NCBI GenBank assembly: GCA_964016885.1
Contig: OZ024740.1
Span: 13,640,001-13,704,000 of the forward strand
Length of the DNA: 64,000 bases
Direction: 5' to 3'
Origin: Eledone cirrhosa
Taxonomy: Eukaryota
Below are positions 1 through 15,000 of the stretch, one piece after another. Position numbers and translations under genes: made by a program. Below the pieces are notes generated by a model. The model did not search any database, was not told where the DNA came from, and was given only the letters and a program-made list of their open reading frames with translations. Each line of letters opens with the position of its first letter. Within the stretch, counting starts at the first letter, position 1.

Positions 1-3000
1 ATGGTTCTGGTAGTGAGAATGGTGTTCTGGTAGTCAGAATGGTGTTCTGGTAGTCAGAATGGTGTTTTGGTAGTCAGAATGGTGTTCTGTTAGTTAGAAT
101 GGATTTTCTGGTAGTCAGAATGGTGTTCTGGTAGTCCGAATGGTGTTCCGGTAGTCAGAATGGTGTTCTGGTTGTTAGAATGGTTCTGGTAGTCAGACTG
201 GTGTTCTGGTAGTCAGAATGGTGTTCTGGTTATCAGCCTGGTGTTCTGGTAGTCAGACTGCTATTCTGGTAGACAGACTGGTGTTCTGGTAGTCAGACTT
301 GTTCTGGTAGTCAGACTAGTGTTCTGGTAGTCAGACTGGTGTTCTGGTAGTCAGAATGTTGTTCTGGTAGTTAGAATGGTTCTGGTGGTCAGAATGGTCT
401 TCTGGTAGTCAGAATGGTGTTCTGGTAGTCAGACTGGTGTTCTGGTAGTCAGAATTGTGTTCTGGTAGTCAGCCTGGTGTTCTGGTAGTCAGACTGCTAT
501 TCTGGTAGTCAGACTAGTGTTCTGGTAGTCAGACTTGTTCTGGTAGTCAGACTAGTGTTCTGGTAGTCAGACTGGTGTTCTGGTAGTCAGAATGGTGTTC
601 TGGTAGTCAGAATGGTGTTCTGGTAGTCAGAATGGTGTTCTGCTAGTCAGAATGGTGTTCTGGTAGTCAGACTGGTGTTCTGGTAGTCAGAATGGTGTTC
701 TGGTAGTCAGAATGGTTCTGGTAGTGAGAATGGTGTTCTGGTAGTCAGAATGGTGTTCTGGTAGTCAGAATGGTGTTCTGGTAGTCAGAATGGTGTTCTT
801 GTAGTCAGACTGCTGTTCTGGTAGTCAGACTGGTGTTCTGGTAGTCAGAATGGTGTTCTGGTAGTCAGACTGATGTTCTGGTAGTCAGAATGGTGTTCTG
901 GTAGTCAGAATGGTTCTGGTAGTCAGAATGGTTTTCTGGTAGTCAGAATGGTGTTGTGGTAGTCAGAATGGTGTTCTGGTAGTCAGAATGGTCTTCTGGT
1001 AGTCAGAATGGTTCTGGTAGTGAGAATGGTGTTCTGGTAGTCAGAATGGTGTTCTGGTAGTCAGAATGGTGTTCTGGTAGTCAGAATGGTTCTGGTAGTG
1101 AGAATGGTGTTCTGGTAGTCAGAATGGTGTTCTGGTAGTCAGAATGGTGTTCTGCTAGTCAGAATGGTGTTCTGGTAGTCAGACTGGTGTTCTGGTAGTC
1201 AGAATGGTGTTCTGGTAGTCAGAATGGTTCTGGTAGTGAGAATGGTGTTCTGGTAGTCAGAATGGTGTTCTGGTAGTCAGAATGGTGTTCTGGTAGTCAG
1301 AATGGTATTGTGGTAGTCAGAATGGTGTTCTGGTAGTCGGAATGGTGTTCTGGTAGTCAGAATGGTGTTCTGGTAGTTAGAATGGATTTTCTGGTAGTCA
1401 GAATGGTGTTCTGGTATTCCGAATGGTGTTCCGGTAGTCAGAATGGTGTTCTGGTAGTCAGACTGCTATTCTGGTAGTCAGACTAGTGTTCTGGTAGTCA
1501 GACTTGTTCTGGTAGTCAGACTAATGTTCTGGTAGTCAGACTGGTGTTCTGGTAGTCAGAATGGTGTTCTGGTAGTTAGAATGGTTCTGGTAGTCAGAAT
1601 GGTCTTCTGGTAGTCAGAATGGTGTTCTGGTAGTCAGACTGGTGTTCTGGTAGTCAGAATGGTGTTCTGGTAGTCAGCCTGTTGTTCTGGTAGTCAGACT
1701 GCTATTCTGGTAGTCAGACTGGTGTTCTGGTAGTCAGACTTGTTCTGGTAGTCAGACTAGTGTTCTGGTAGTCAGACTGGTGTTCTGGTAGTCAGAATGG
1801 TGTTCTGGTAGTCAGAATGGTTCTGGTAGTCAGAATGGTTCTGGTAGTCAGAATGGTTCTGGTAGTCAGAAGGGTGTTCTGGTAGTCAGAATGGTGTTCT
1901 GGTAGTCAGAATGGTGTTCTGGTAGTCAGACTGGTGCTATGGTAGTTACAATGGTGTTCTGGTAGTCAGAATGGCGTTCTGGTAGTCAGAATGGTGTTCT
2001 GGTAGTCAGACTGGTGCTATGGTAGTTACAATGGTGTTCTGGTAGTCAGAATGGTTCTGGTAGTGAGAATGGTGTTCTGGTAGTCCGAATGGTGTTCCGG
2101 TAGTCAGAATGGTGTTCTGGTAGTTAGAATGGTTCTGGTAGTCAGACTGGTGTTCTGGTAGTCAGAATGGTGTTCTGGTTATCAGCCTGGTGTTCTGGTA
2201 GTCAGACTGCTATTCTGGTAGACAGACTGGTGTTCTGGTAGTCAGACTTGTTCTGGTAGTCAGACTAGTGTTCTGGTAGTCAGACTGGTGTTCTGGTAGT
2301 CAGAATGGTGTTCTGGTAGTTAGAATGGTTCTGGTGGTCAGAATGGTCTTCTGGTAGTCAGAATGGTGTTCTGGTAGTCAGACTGGTGTTCTGGTAGTCA
2401 GAATTGTGTTCTGGTAGTCAGCCTGGTGTTCTGGTAGTCAGACTGCTATTCTGGTAGTCAGACTAGTGTTCTGGTAGTCAGACTTGTTCTGGTAGTCAGA
2501 CTAGTGTTCTGGTAGTCAGACTGGTGTTCTGGTAGTCAGAATGGTGTTCTGGTAGTCAGAATGGTGTTCTGGTAGTCAGAATGGTGTTCTGCTAGTCAGA
2601 ATGGTGTTCTGGTAGTCAGACTGGTGTTCTGGTAGTCAGAATGGTGTTCTGGTAGTCAGAATGGTGCTATGGTAGTCAGAATTTTGTTCTGGTAGTCAGA
2701 ATGGTGTTCTGGTAGTCAGAATGGTGTTCTGGTAGTCAGAATGGTGTTCTGGTAGTCAGACTGGTGCTATGGTAGTCAGAATGGTGTTCTGGTAGTCAGA
2801 ATGGTTCTGGTAGTGAGAATGGTGTTCTGGTAGTCAGAATGGTGTTCTGGTAGTCAGAAGTGTGTTCTGGTAGTCAGAATGGTTCTGGTAGTGAGAATGG
2901 TGTTCTGGTAGTCAGAATGTGTTCTGGTAGTCAGAATGGTGTTCTGGTAGTCAGAATGGTGTTCTGGTAGTCAGAATGGTGTTCTGGTAGTCAGAATGGT

Positions 3001-6000
3001 TCTGGTAATGAGAATGGTGTTCTGGTAGTCAGAATGGTGTTCTGGTAGTCAGAATGGTGTTCTGGTAGTCAGAATGCTGTTCTGGTAGTCAGACTGCTGT
3101 TCTGGTAGTCAGAATGGTGTTCTGGTAGTCAGAATGGTGTTCTGGTAGTCAGACTGATGTTCTGGTAGTCAGACTGGTGTTCTGGTAGTCAGACTGGTGT
3201 TCTGGTAGTCAGAATGGTGTTCTGGTAGTCACAATGGTTTTGGTAGTCAGAATGGTTTTCTGGTAGTCAGAATGGTGTTGTGGTAGTCAGAATGGTGTTC
3301 TGGTAGTCAGAATGGTGTTCTGGTAGTCAGAATGGTCTACTGGTAGTCAGAATGGTTCTGGTAGTGAGAATGGTGTTCTGGTAGTCAGAATGGTGTTCTG
3401 GTAGTCAGAATGGTGTTTTGGTAGTCAGAATGGTGTTCTGTTAGTTAGAATGGATTTTCTGGTAGTCAGAATGGTGTTCTGGTAGTCCGAATGGTGTTCC
3501 GGTAGTCAGAATGGTGTTCTGGTTGTTAGAATGGTTCTGGTAGTCAGACTGGTGTTCTGGTAGTCAGAATGGTGTTCTGGTTATCAGCCTGGTGTTCTGG
3601 TAGTCAGACTGCTATTCTGGTAGACAGACTGGTGTTCTGGTAGTCAGACTTGTTCTGGTAGTCAGACTAGTGTTCTGGTAGTCAGACTGGTGTTCTGGTA
3701 GTCAGAATGTTGTTCTGGTAGTTAGAATGGTTCTGGTGGTCAGAATGGTCTTCTGGTAGTCAGAATGGTGTTCTGGTAGTCAGACTGGTGTTCTGGTAGT
3801 CAGAATTGTGTTCTGGTAGTCAGCCTGGTGTTCTGGTAGTCAGACTGCTATTCTGGTAGTCAGACTAGTGTTCTGGTAGTCAGACTTGTTCTGGTAGTCA
3901 GACTAGTGTTCTGGTAGTCAGACTGGTGTTCTGGTAGTCAGAATGGTGTTCTGGTAGTCAGAATGGTGTTCTGGTAGTCAGAATGGTGTTCTGCTAGTCA
4001 GAATGGTGTTCTGGTAGTCAGACTGGTGTTCTGGTAGTCAGAATGGTGTTCTGGTAGTCAGAATGGTTCTGGTAGTGAGAATGGTGTTCTGGTAGTCAGA
4101 ATGGTGTTCTGGTAGTCAGAATGGTGTTCTGGTAGTCAGAATGGTGTTCTTGTAGTCAGACTGCTGTTCTGGTAGTCAGACTGGTGTTCTGGTAGTCAGA
4201 ATGGTGTTCTGGTAGTCAGACTGATGTTCTGGTAGTCAGAATGGTGTTCTGGTAGTCAGAATGGTTCTGGTAGTCAGAATGGTTTTCTGGTAGTCAGAAT
4301 GGTGTTGTGGTAGTCAGAATGGTGTTCTGGTAGTCAGAATGGTCTTCTGGTAGTCAGAATGGTTCTGGTAGTGAGAATGGTGTTCTGGTAGTCAGAATGG
4401 TGTTCTGGTAGTCAGAATGGTGTTCTGGTAGTCAGAATGGTTCTGGTAGTGAGAATGGTGTTCTGGTAGTCAGAATGGTGTTCTGGTAGTCAGAATGGTG
4501 TTCTGCTAGTCAGAATGGTGTTCTGGTAGTCAGACTGGTGTTCTGGTAGTCAGAATGGTGTTCTGGTAGTCAGAATGGTTCTGGTAGTGAGAATGGTGTT
4601 CTGGTAGTCAGAATGGTGTTCTGGTAGTCAGAATGGTGTTCTGGTAGTCAGAATGGTATTGTGGTAGTCAGAATGGTGTTCTGGTAGTCGGAATGGTGTT
4701 CTGGTAGTCAGAATGGTGTTCTGGTAGTTAGAATGGATTTTCTGGTAGTCAGAATGGTGTTCTGGTATTCCGAATGGTGTTCCGGTAGTCAGAATGGTGT
4801 TCTGGTAGTCAGACTGCTATTCTGGTAGTCAGACTAGTGTTCTGGTAGTCAGACTTGTTCTGGTAGTCAGACTAATGTTCTGGTAGTCAGACTGGTGTTC
4901 TGGTAGTCAGAATGGTGTTCTGGTAGTTAGAATGGTTCTGGTAGTCAGAATGGTCTTCTGGTAGTCAGAATGGTGTTCTGGTAGTCAGACTGGTGTTCTG
5001 GTAGTCAGAATGGTGTTCTGGTAGTCAGCCTGTTGTTCTGGTAGTCAGACTGCTATTCTGGTAGTCAGACTGGTGTTCTGGTAGTCAGACTTGTTCTGGT
5101 AGTCAGACTAGTGTTCTGGTAGTCAGACTGGTGTTCTGGTAGTCAGAATGGTGTTCTGGTAGTCAGAATGGTTCTGGTAGTCAGAATGGTTCTGGTAGTC
5201 AGAATGGTTCTGGTAGTCAGAAGGGTGTTCTGGTAGTCAGAATGGTGTTCTGGTAGTCAGAATGGTGTTCTGGTAGTCAGACTGGTGCTATGGTAGTTAC
5301 AATGGTGTTCTGGTAGTCAGAATGGCGTTCTGGTAGTCAGAATGGTGTTCTGGTAGTCAGACTGGTGCTATGGTAGTTACAATGGTGTTCTGGTAGTCAG
5401 AATGGTTCTGGTAGTGAGAATGGTGTTCTGGTAGTCCGAATGGTGTTCCGGTAGTCAGAATGGTGTTCTGGTAGTTAGAATGGTTCTGGTAGTCAGACTG
5501 GTGTTCTGGTAGTCAGAATGGTGTTCTGGTTATCAGCCTGGTGTTCTGGTAGTCAGACTGCTATTCTGGTAGACAGACTGGTGTTCTGGTAGTCAGACTT
5601 GTTCTGGTAGTCAGACTAGTGTTCTGGTAGTCAGACTGGTGTTCTGGTAGTCAGAATGGTGTTCTGGTAGTTAGAATGGTTCTGGTGGTCAGAATGGTCT
5701 TCTGGTAGTCAGAATGGTGTTCTGGTAGTCAGACTGGTGTTCTGGTAGTCAGAATTGTGTTCTGGTAGTCAGCCTGGTGTTCTGGTAGTCAGACTGCTAT
5801 TCTGGTAGTCAGACTAGTGTTCTGGTAGTCAGACTTGTTCTGGTAGTCAGACTAGTGTTCTGGTAGTCAGACTGGTGTTCTGGTAGTCAGAATGGTGTTC
5901 TGGTAGTCAGAATGGTGTTCTGGTAGTCAGAATGGTGTTCTGCTAGTCAGAATGGTGTTCTGGTAGTCAGACTGGTGTTCTGGTAGTCAGAATGGTGTTC

Positions 6001-9000
6001 TGGTAGTCAGAATGGTTCTGGTAGTGAGAATGGTGTTCTGGTAGTCAGAATGGTGTTCTGGTAGTCAGAATGGTGTTCTTGTAGTCAGACTGCTGTTCTG
6101 GTAGTCAGACTGGTGTTCTGGTAGTCAGAATGGTGTTCTGGTAGTCAGACTGATGTTCTGGTAGTCAGAATGGTGTTCTGGTAGTCAGAATGGTTCTGGT
6201 AGTCAGAATGGTTTTCTGGTAGTCAGAATGGTGTTGTGGTAGTCAGAATGGTGTTCTGGTAGTCAGAATGGTCTTCTGGTAGTCAGAATGGTTCTGGTAG
6301 TGAGAATGGTGTTCTGGTAGTCAGAATGGTGTTCTGGTAGTCAGAATGGTGTTCTGGTAGTCAGAATGGTTCTGGTAGTGAGAATGGTGTTCTGGTAGTC
6401 AGAATGGTGTTCTGGTAGTCAGAATGGTGTTCTGCTAGTCAGAATGGTGTTCTGGTAGTCAGACTGGTGTTCTGGTAGTCAGAATGGTGTTCTGGTAGTC
6501 AGAATGGTTCTGGTAGTGAGAATGGTGTTCTGGTAGTCAGAATGGTGTTCTGGTAGTCAGAATGGTGTTCTGGTAGTCAGAATGGTATTGTGGTAGTCAG
6601 AATGGTGTTCTGGTAGTCGGAATGGTGTTCTGGTAGTCAGAATGGTGTTCTGGTAGTTAGAATGGATTTTCTGGTAGTCAGAATGGTGTTCTGGTATTCC
6701 GAATGGTGTTCCGGTAGTCAGAATGGTGTTCTGGTAGTCAGACTGCTATTCTGGTAGTCAGACTAGTGTTCTGGTAGTCAGACTTGTTCTGGTAGTCAGA
6801 CTAATGTTCTGGTAGTCAGACTGGTGTTCTGGTAGTCAGAATGGTGTTCTGGTAGTTAGAATGGTTCTGGTAGTCAGAATGGTCTTCTGGTAGTCAGAAT
6901 GGTGTTCTGGTAGTCAGACTGGTGTTCTGGTAGTCAGAATGGTGTTCTGGTAGTCAGCCTGTTGTTCTGGTAGTCAGACTGCTATTCTGGTAGTCAGACT
7001 GGTGTTCTGGTAGTCAGACTTGTTCTGGTAGTCAGACTAGTGTTCTGGTAGTCAGACTGGTGTTCTGGTAGTCAGAATGGTGTTCTGGTAGTCAGAATGG
7101 TTCTGGTAGTCAGAATGGTTCTGGTAGTCAGAATGGTACTGGTAGTCAGAAGGGTGTTCTGGTAGTCAGAATGGTGTTCTGGTAGTCAGAATGGTGTTCT
7201 GGTAGTCAGACTGGTGCTATGGTAGTTACAATGGTGTTCTGGTAGTCAGAATGGCGTTCTGGTAGTCAGAATGGTGTTCTGGTAGTCAGACTGGTGCTAT
7301 GGTAGTTACAATGGTGTTCTGGTAGTCAGAATGGTTCTGGTAGTGAGAATGGTGTTCTGGTAGTCAGAATGGTGTTCTGGTAGTCAGAATGGTGTTCTGG
7401 TAGTCAGAATGGTTCTGGTAGTGAGAATGGTGTTCTGGTAGTCAGAATGGTCTTCTGGTAGTCAGAATGGTGTTCTGCTAGTCAGAATGGTGTTCTGGTA
7501 GTCAGACTGGTGTTCTGGTAGTCAGAATGGTGTTCTGGTAGTCAGAATGGTGTTCTGGTAGTCAGAATGGTTCTGGTAGTGAGAATGGTGTTCTGGTAGT
7601 CAGAATGGTGTTCTGGTAATCAGAATGGTGTTCTGGTAGTCAGAATGGTGTTCTGGTAGTCAGACTGGTGTTCTGGTAGTCAGAATGGTGTTCTGGTAGT
7701 CAGACTGATGTTCTGATAGTCAGACTGGTGTTCTGGTAGTCAGACTGGTGTTCTGGTAGTCAGAATGTTGTTCTGGTAGTCAGAATGGTTCTGGTAGTCA
7801 GAATGGTTTTCTGGTAGTCAGAATGGTGTTGTGGTAGTCAGAATGGTGTTCTGGTAGTCAGAATGGTCTTCTGGTAGTCAGAATGGTTCTGGTAGTCAGA
7901 ATGGTGTTCTGGTAGTCAGAATGGTGTTCTGGTAGTCAGAATGGTTCTGGTAGTCAGAATGGTTCTGGTAGTCAGAATGGTGTTCTGGTAGTCAGAATGG
8001 TGTTCTGGTAGTCAGAATGGTTCTGGTAGTCAGAATGGTTCTGGTAGTCAGAATGGTGTTCTGGTGGTCAGAATGGTGTTCTGGTAGTCAGAATGGTGTT
8101 CTAGTAGTCAGAAGGGTTCTGGTAGTCACAATGGTGTTCTGGTAGTCAGAATGGTGTTCTAGTAGTCAGAAGGGTTCTGGTAGTCAGAATGGTGTTCTGG
8201 TATACAGACTTGTGTTCTGGTAATCAGACTGGTGTTCTGGTAGTCAGAATGGTGTTCTGGTAGTCAGACTGGTGTTCTCGTAGTCAGACTGGTGTTCTGG
8301 TAGTCAGAATGGTGTTCTGGTAGTCAGAATGGTGTTCTGGTAGTCAGAATGGTGTTCTGGTAGTCAGAATGGTGTTCTGGTAGTCAGAATGATATTCTTG
8401 TAGTCAGAATGGTGTTCTGGTAGTCAGAATGGTGTTCTGGTAGTCAGAATAGTGTTATGGTATTCAGAATGCTGTTCTAGTAGTCAGAAGGGTTCTGGTA
8501 GTCAGAATGGTGTTCTGGTAGTCAGAATGGTGTTCTGGTAGACAGAATGGTGTTCTGGTAGTCAGAATGGTGTTCTAGTAGTCAGAAGGGTTCTGGTAGT
8601 CAGAATGGTGTTCTGGTAGTCAAAATGGTGTTCTGGTAGTCAGAATGGTGTTCTAGTAGTCAGAAGGGTTCTGGTAGTCACAATGGTGTTCTGGTAGTTA
8701 GAATGGTGTTCTGGTAGTCAGAATGGTGTTCTGGTCGTCAGAATGGTGTTCTGGTAGTCAGAATGGTGTTCTGGTAGTCAGAATGGTGTTCTGGTAGTTA
8801 GAATGGATTTTCTGGTAGTCAGAATGGTGTTCTGGTAGTCCGAATGGTGTTCCGGTAGTCAGAATGGTGTTCTGGTAGTTAGAATGGTTCTGGTAGTCAG
8901 AATGGTCTTCTGGTAGTCAGAATGGTGTTCTGGTAGTCAGACTGGTGTTCTGGTAGTCAGAATGGTGTTCTGGTAGTCAGCCTGGTGTTGTGGTAGTCAG

Positions 9001-12000
9001 ACTGCTATTCTGGTTGTCAGACTGGTGTTCTGGTAGTCAGACTTGTTCTGGTAGTCAGACTGGTGTTCTGGTAGTCAGAATGGTGTTCTGGTAGTTAGAA
9101 TGGTTCTGGTAGTCAGAATGGTCTTCTGGTAGTCAGAATGGTGTTCTGGTAGTCAGACTGGTGTTCTGGTAGTCAGAATGGTGTTCTGGTAGTCAGCCTG
9201 GTGTTCTGGTAGTCAGACTGCTATTCTGGTAGTCAGACTGGTGTTCTGGTAGTCAGACTTGTTCTGGTAGTCAGACTAGTATTCTGGTAGTCAGACTGGT
9301 GTTCTGGTAGTCAGAATGGTGTTCTGGTAGTCAGAATGGTTCTGGTAGTCAGAATGGTTCTGGTAGTCAGAATGGTTCTGGTAGTCAGAATGGTGTTCTG
9401 GCAGTCAGAATGGTGTTCTGGTAGTCAGAATGGTGTTCTGGTAGTCAGAATGGTGTTCTGGTAGTCAGACTGGTGCTATGGTAGTCAGAATGGTGTTCTG
9501 GTAGTCAGAATTGTTCTGGTAGTGAGAATGGTGTTCTGGTAGTCAGAATGGTGTTCTGGTAGTCAGAATGGTGTTCTGGTAGTCAGAATGGTGTTCTGGT
9601 AGTCAGACTGCTGTTCTGGTAGTCAGAATGGTGTTCTGGTAGTCAGAATGGTGTTCTGGTAGTCAGACTGATGTTCTGGTAGTCAGACTGGTGTTCTGTT
9701 AGTCAGACTGGTGTTCTGGCAGTCAGAATGGTGTTCTGGTAGTCAGAATGGTTCTGGTAGTCAGAATGGTTTTCTGGTAGTCAGAATGGTGTTGTGGTAG
9801 TCAGAATGGTGTTCTGGTAGTCAGAATGGTGTTCTGGTAGTCAGAATGGTCTTCTGGTATTCAGAATGGTTCAGGTAGTGAGAATGGTGTTCTGGTAGTC
9901 AGAATGGTTTCTGGTAGTCAGAATGGTGTTTTGATAGTCAGAATGGTGTTCTGTTAGTTAGAATGGATTTTCTGGTAGTCAGAATAGTGTTCTGGTAGTC
10001 CGAATGGTGTTCCGGTAGTCAGAATGGTGTTCTGGTAGTTAGAATGGTTCTGGTAGTCAGAATGGTCTTCTGGTAGTCAGAATGGTGTTCTGGTAGTCAG
10101 ACTGGTGTTCTGGAAGTCAGAATGGTGTTCTGGTAGTCAGCCTGGTGTTCTGGTAGTCAGACTGCTATTCTGGTAGTCAGACTGGTGTTCTGGTAGTCAG
10201 ACTTGTTCTGGTAGTCAGACTAGTGTTCTGGTAGTCAGACTAGTGTTCTGGTAGTCAGACTGGTGTTCTGGTAGTCAGAATGGTGTTCTGGTAGTCAGAA
10301 TGGTTCTGGTAGTCAGAATGGTTCTGGTAGTCAGAATGGTTCTGGTAGTCAGAAGGGTGTTCTGGTAGTCAGAATGGTGTTCTGGTAGTCAGAATGGTGT
10401 TCTGGTAGTCAGACTGGTGCTATGGTAGTCAGAATGGTGTTCTGGTAGTCAGAATGGTTCTGGTAGTGTGAATGGTGTTCTGGTAGTCAGAATGGTGTTC
10501 TGGTAGTCAGAATGGTGTTCTGGTAGTCAGAATGGTTCTGGTAGTGAGAATGGTGTTCTGGTAGTCAGAATGGTCTTCTGGTAGTCAGAATGGTGTTCTG
10601 CTAGTCAGAATGGTGTTCTGGTAGTCAGACTGGTGTTCTGGTAGTCAGAATGGTGTTCTGGTAGTCAGAATGGTGTTCTGGTAGTCAGAATTGTTCTGGT
10701 AGTGAGAATGGTGTTCTGGTAGTCAGAATGGTGTTCTGGTAGTCAGAATGGTTCTGGTAGTGAGAATGGTGTTCTGGTAGTCAGAATGGTGTTCTGGTAG
10801 TCAGAATGGTGTTCTGCTAGTCAGAATGGTGTTCTGGTAGTCAGACTGGTGTTCTGGTAGTCAGAATGGTGTTCTGGTAATCAGAATGGTGTTCTGGTAG
10901 TCAGAATGGTGTTCTGGTAGTCAGAATGGTGTTCTGGTAGTCAGACTGCTGTTCTGGTAGTCAGAATGGTGTTCTGGTAGTCAGAATGGTGTTCTGGTAG
11001 TCAGACTGATGTTCTGGTAGTCAGACTGGTGTTCTGGTAGTCAGACTGGTGTTCTGGTAGTCAGAATGGTGTTCTGGTAGTCAGAATGGTTCTGGTAGTC
11101 AGAATGGTTTTCTGGTAGTCGGAATGGTGTTGTGGTAGTCAGAATGGTGTTCTGGTAGTCAGAATGGTGTTCTGGTAGTCAGAATGGTCTTCTGGTAGTC
11201 AGAATGGTTCTGGTAGTGAGAATGGTGTTCTGGTAGTCAGAATGGTTTCTGGTAGTCAGAATGGTGTTTTGATAGTCAGAATGGTGTTCTGTTAGTTAGA
11301 ATGGATTTTCTGGTAGTCAGAATGGTGTTCTGGTAGTCCGAATGGTGTTCCGGTAGTCAGAATGGTGTTCTGGTAGTTAGAATGGTTCTGGTAGTCAGAA
11401 TGGTCTTCTGGTAGTCAGAATGGTGTTCTGGTAGTCAGACTGGTGTTCTGGTAGTCAGAATGGTGTTCTGGTAGTCAGCCTGGTGTTCTGGTAGTCAGAC
11501 TGCTATTCTGGTAGTCAGACTGGTGTTCTGGTAGTCAGACTTGTTCTGGTAGTCAGACTAGTGTTCTGGTAGTCAGACTAGTGTTCTGGTAGTCAGACTG
11601 GTGTTCTGGTAGTCAGAATGGTGTTCTGGTAGTCAGAATGGTTCTGGTAGTCAGAATGGTTCTGGTAGTCAGAATGGTTCTGGTAGTCAGAAGGGTGTTC
11701 TGGTAGTCAGAATGGTGTTCTGGTAGTCAGAATGGTGTTCTGGTAGTCAGACTGGTGCTATGGTAGTCAGAATGGTTTTCTGGTAGTCAGAATGGTTCTG
11801 GTAGTGTGAATGGTGTTCTGGTAGTCAGAATGGTGTTCTGGTAGTCAGAATGGTGTTCTGGTAGTCAGAATGGTTCTGGTAGTGAGAATGGTGTTCTGGT
11901 AGTCAGAATGGTCTTCTGGTAGTCAGAATGGTGTTCTGCTAGTCAGAATGGTGTTCTGGTAGTCAGACTGGTGTTCTGGTAGTCAGAATGGTGTTCTGGT

Positions 12001-15000
12001 AGTCAGAATGGTGTTCTGGTAGTCAGAATGGTTCTGGTAGTGAGAATGGTGTTCTGGTAGTCAGAATGGTGTTCTGGTAGTCAGAATGGTGTTCTGGTAG
12101 TCAGAATGGTGTTCTGGTAGTCATACTGGTGTTCTGGAAGTCAGAATGGTGTTCTGGTAGTCAGAATGGTGTTCTGGTAGTCAGACTGATGTTCTGATAG
12201 TCAGACTGGTGTTCTGGTAGTCAGACTGGTGTTCTGGTAGTCAGAATGGTGTTCTGGTAGTCAGAATGGTTTGGTAGTCAGAATGGTTTTCTGGTAGTCA
12301 GAATGGTGTTGTGGTAGTCAGAATGGTGTTCTGGTAGTCAGAATGGTCTTCTGGTAGTCAGAATGGTTCTGGTAGTCAGAATGGTGTTCTGGTAGTCAGA
12401 ATGGTGTTCTGGTAGTCAGAATGGTTCTTGTAGTCAGAATGGTTCTGGTAGTCAGAATGGTGTTCTGGTAGTCAGAATGGTGTTGTGGTAGTCAGAATGG
12501 TGTTCTGGTAGTCAGAATGGTTCTGGTAGTCAGAATGGTTCTGGTAGTCAGAATGGTGTTCTGGTAGTCAGAATGGTGTTCTGGTAGTCAGAATGGTGTT
12601 CTGGTATACAGACTTGTGTTCTGGTAATCAGACTGGTGTTCTGGTAGTCAGAATGGTGTTCTGGTAGTCAGACTGGTGTTCTCGTAGTCAGAATGGTGTT
12701 CTGGTAGTCAGAATGGTGTTCTGGTAGTCAGAATGGTGTTCTGGTAGTCAGAATGGTGTTCTGGTAGTCAGAATGGTGTTCTGGTAGTCAGAATGGTGTT
12801 CTGGTAGTCAGAATGATATTCTTGTAGTCAGAATGGTGTTCTGGTAGTCAGAATGGTGTTCTGGTAGTCAGAATAGTGTTATGGAATTCAGAATGGTGTT
12901 CTAGTAGTCAGAAGGGTTCTGGTAGTCAGAATGGTGTTCTGGTAGTCAGAATGGTGTTCTGGTAGACAGAATGGTGTTCTGGTAGTCAGAATGGTGTTCT
13001 AGTAGTCAGAAGGGTTCTGGTAGTCAGAATGGTGTTCTGGTAGTCAAAATGGTGTTCTGGTAGTCAGAATGGTGTTCTAGTAGTCAGAAGTGTTCTGGTA
13101 GTCACAATGGTGTTCTGGTAGTCACAATGGTGTTCTAGTAGTCAGAAGGGTTCTGGTAGTCAGAATGGTGTTCTGGTAGTCAGAATGGTGTTCTGGTCGT
13201 CAGAATGGTGTTCTGGTAGTCAGAATGGTGTTCTGGTAGTCAGAATGGTGTTCTGGTAGTTAGAATGGATTTTCTGGTAGTCAGAATGGTGTTCTGGTAG
13301 TCCGAATGGTGTTCCGGTAGTCAGAATGGTGTTCTGGTAGTTAGAATGGTTCTGGTAGTCAGAATGGTCTTCTGGTAGTCAGAATGGTGTTCTGGTAGTC
13401 AGACTGGTGTTCTGGTAGTCAGAATGGTGTTCTGGTAGTCAGCCTGGTGTTGTGGTAGTCAGACTGCTATTCTGGTTGTCAGACTGGTGTTCTGGTAGTC
13501 AGACTTGTTCTGGTAGTCAGACTAGTGTTCTGGTAGTCAGACTGGTGTTCTGGTAGTCAGAATGTTGTTCTGGTAGTTAGAATGGTTCTGGTAGTCAGAA
13601 TGGTCTTCTGGTAGTCAGAATGGTGTTCTGGTAGTCAGACTGGTGTTCTGGTAGTCAGAATGGTGTTCTGGTAGTCAGCCTGGTGTTCTGGTAGTCAGAC
13701 TGCTATTCTGGTAGTCAGACTGGTGTTCTGGTAGTCAGACTTGTTCTGGTAGTCAGACTAGTATTCTGGTAGTCAGACTGGTGTTCTGGTAGTCAGAATG
13801 GTGTTCTGGTAGTCAGAATGGTTCTGGTAGTCAGAATGGTTCTGGTAGTCAGAATGGTTCTGGTAGTCAGAATGGTGTTCTGGCAGTCAGAATGGTGTTC
13901 TGGTAGTCAGAATGGTGTTCTGGTAGTCAGACTGGTGCTATGGTAGTCAGAATTTTGTTCTGGTAGTCAGAATGGTGTTCTGGTAGTCAGAATGGTGTTC
14001 TGGTAGTCAGAATGGTGTTCTGGTAGTCAGACTGGTGCTATGGTAGTCATAATGGTGTTCTGGTAGTCAGAATTGTTCTGGTAGTTAGAATGGTGTTCTG
14101 GTAGTCAGAATGGTGTTCTGGTAGTCAGAATGGTGTTCTGGTAGTCAGAATGGTTCTGGTAGTGAGAATGGTGTTCTGGTAGTCAGAATGGTGTTCTGGT
14201 AGTCAGAATGGTGTTCTGCTAGTCAGAATGGTGTTCTGGTAGTCAGAATGGTGTTCTGGTAGTCAGAATGGTGTTCTGGTAGTCAGAATGGTGTTCTGGT
14301 AGTCAGAATGGTGTTCTGGTAGTCAGACTGTTGTTCTGGTAGTCAGAATGGTGTTCTGGTAGTCAGAATGGTGTTCTGGTAGTCAGACTGATGTTCTGGT
14401 AGTCAGACTGGTGTTCTGGTAGTCAGACTGGTGTTCTGGTAGTCAGAATGGTGTTCTGGTAGTCAGAATGGTTCTGGTAGTCAGAATGGTTTTCTGGTAG
14501 TCAGAATGGTGTTGTGGTAGTCAGAATGGTGTTCTGGTAGTCAGAATGGTCTTCTGGTAGTCAGAATGGTTCTGGTAGTGAGAATTGTGTTCTGGTAGTC
14601 AGAATGGTGTTCTGGTAGTCCGAATGGTGTTCCGGTAGTCAGAATGGTGTTCTGGTAGTTAGAATGGTTCTGGTAGTCAGAATGGTCTTCTGGTAGTCAG
14701 AATGGTGTTCTGGTAGTCAGACTGGTGTTCTGGTAGTCAGAATGGTGTTCTGGTAGTCAGCCTGGTGTTCTGGTAGTCAGACTGCTATTCTGGTAGTCAG
14801 ACTGGTGTTCTGGCAGTCAGACTTGTTCTGGTAGTCAGACTAGTGTTCTGGTAGTCAGACTGGTGTTCTGGTAGTCAGAATGGTGTTCTGGTAGTTAGAA
14901 TGGTTCTGGTAGTCAGAATGGTCTTCTGGTAGTCAGAATGGTGTTCTGGTAGTCAGAATGGTGTTCTGGTAGTCAGCCTGGTGTTCTGGTAGTCAGACTG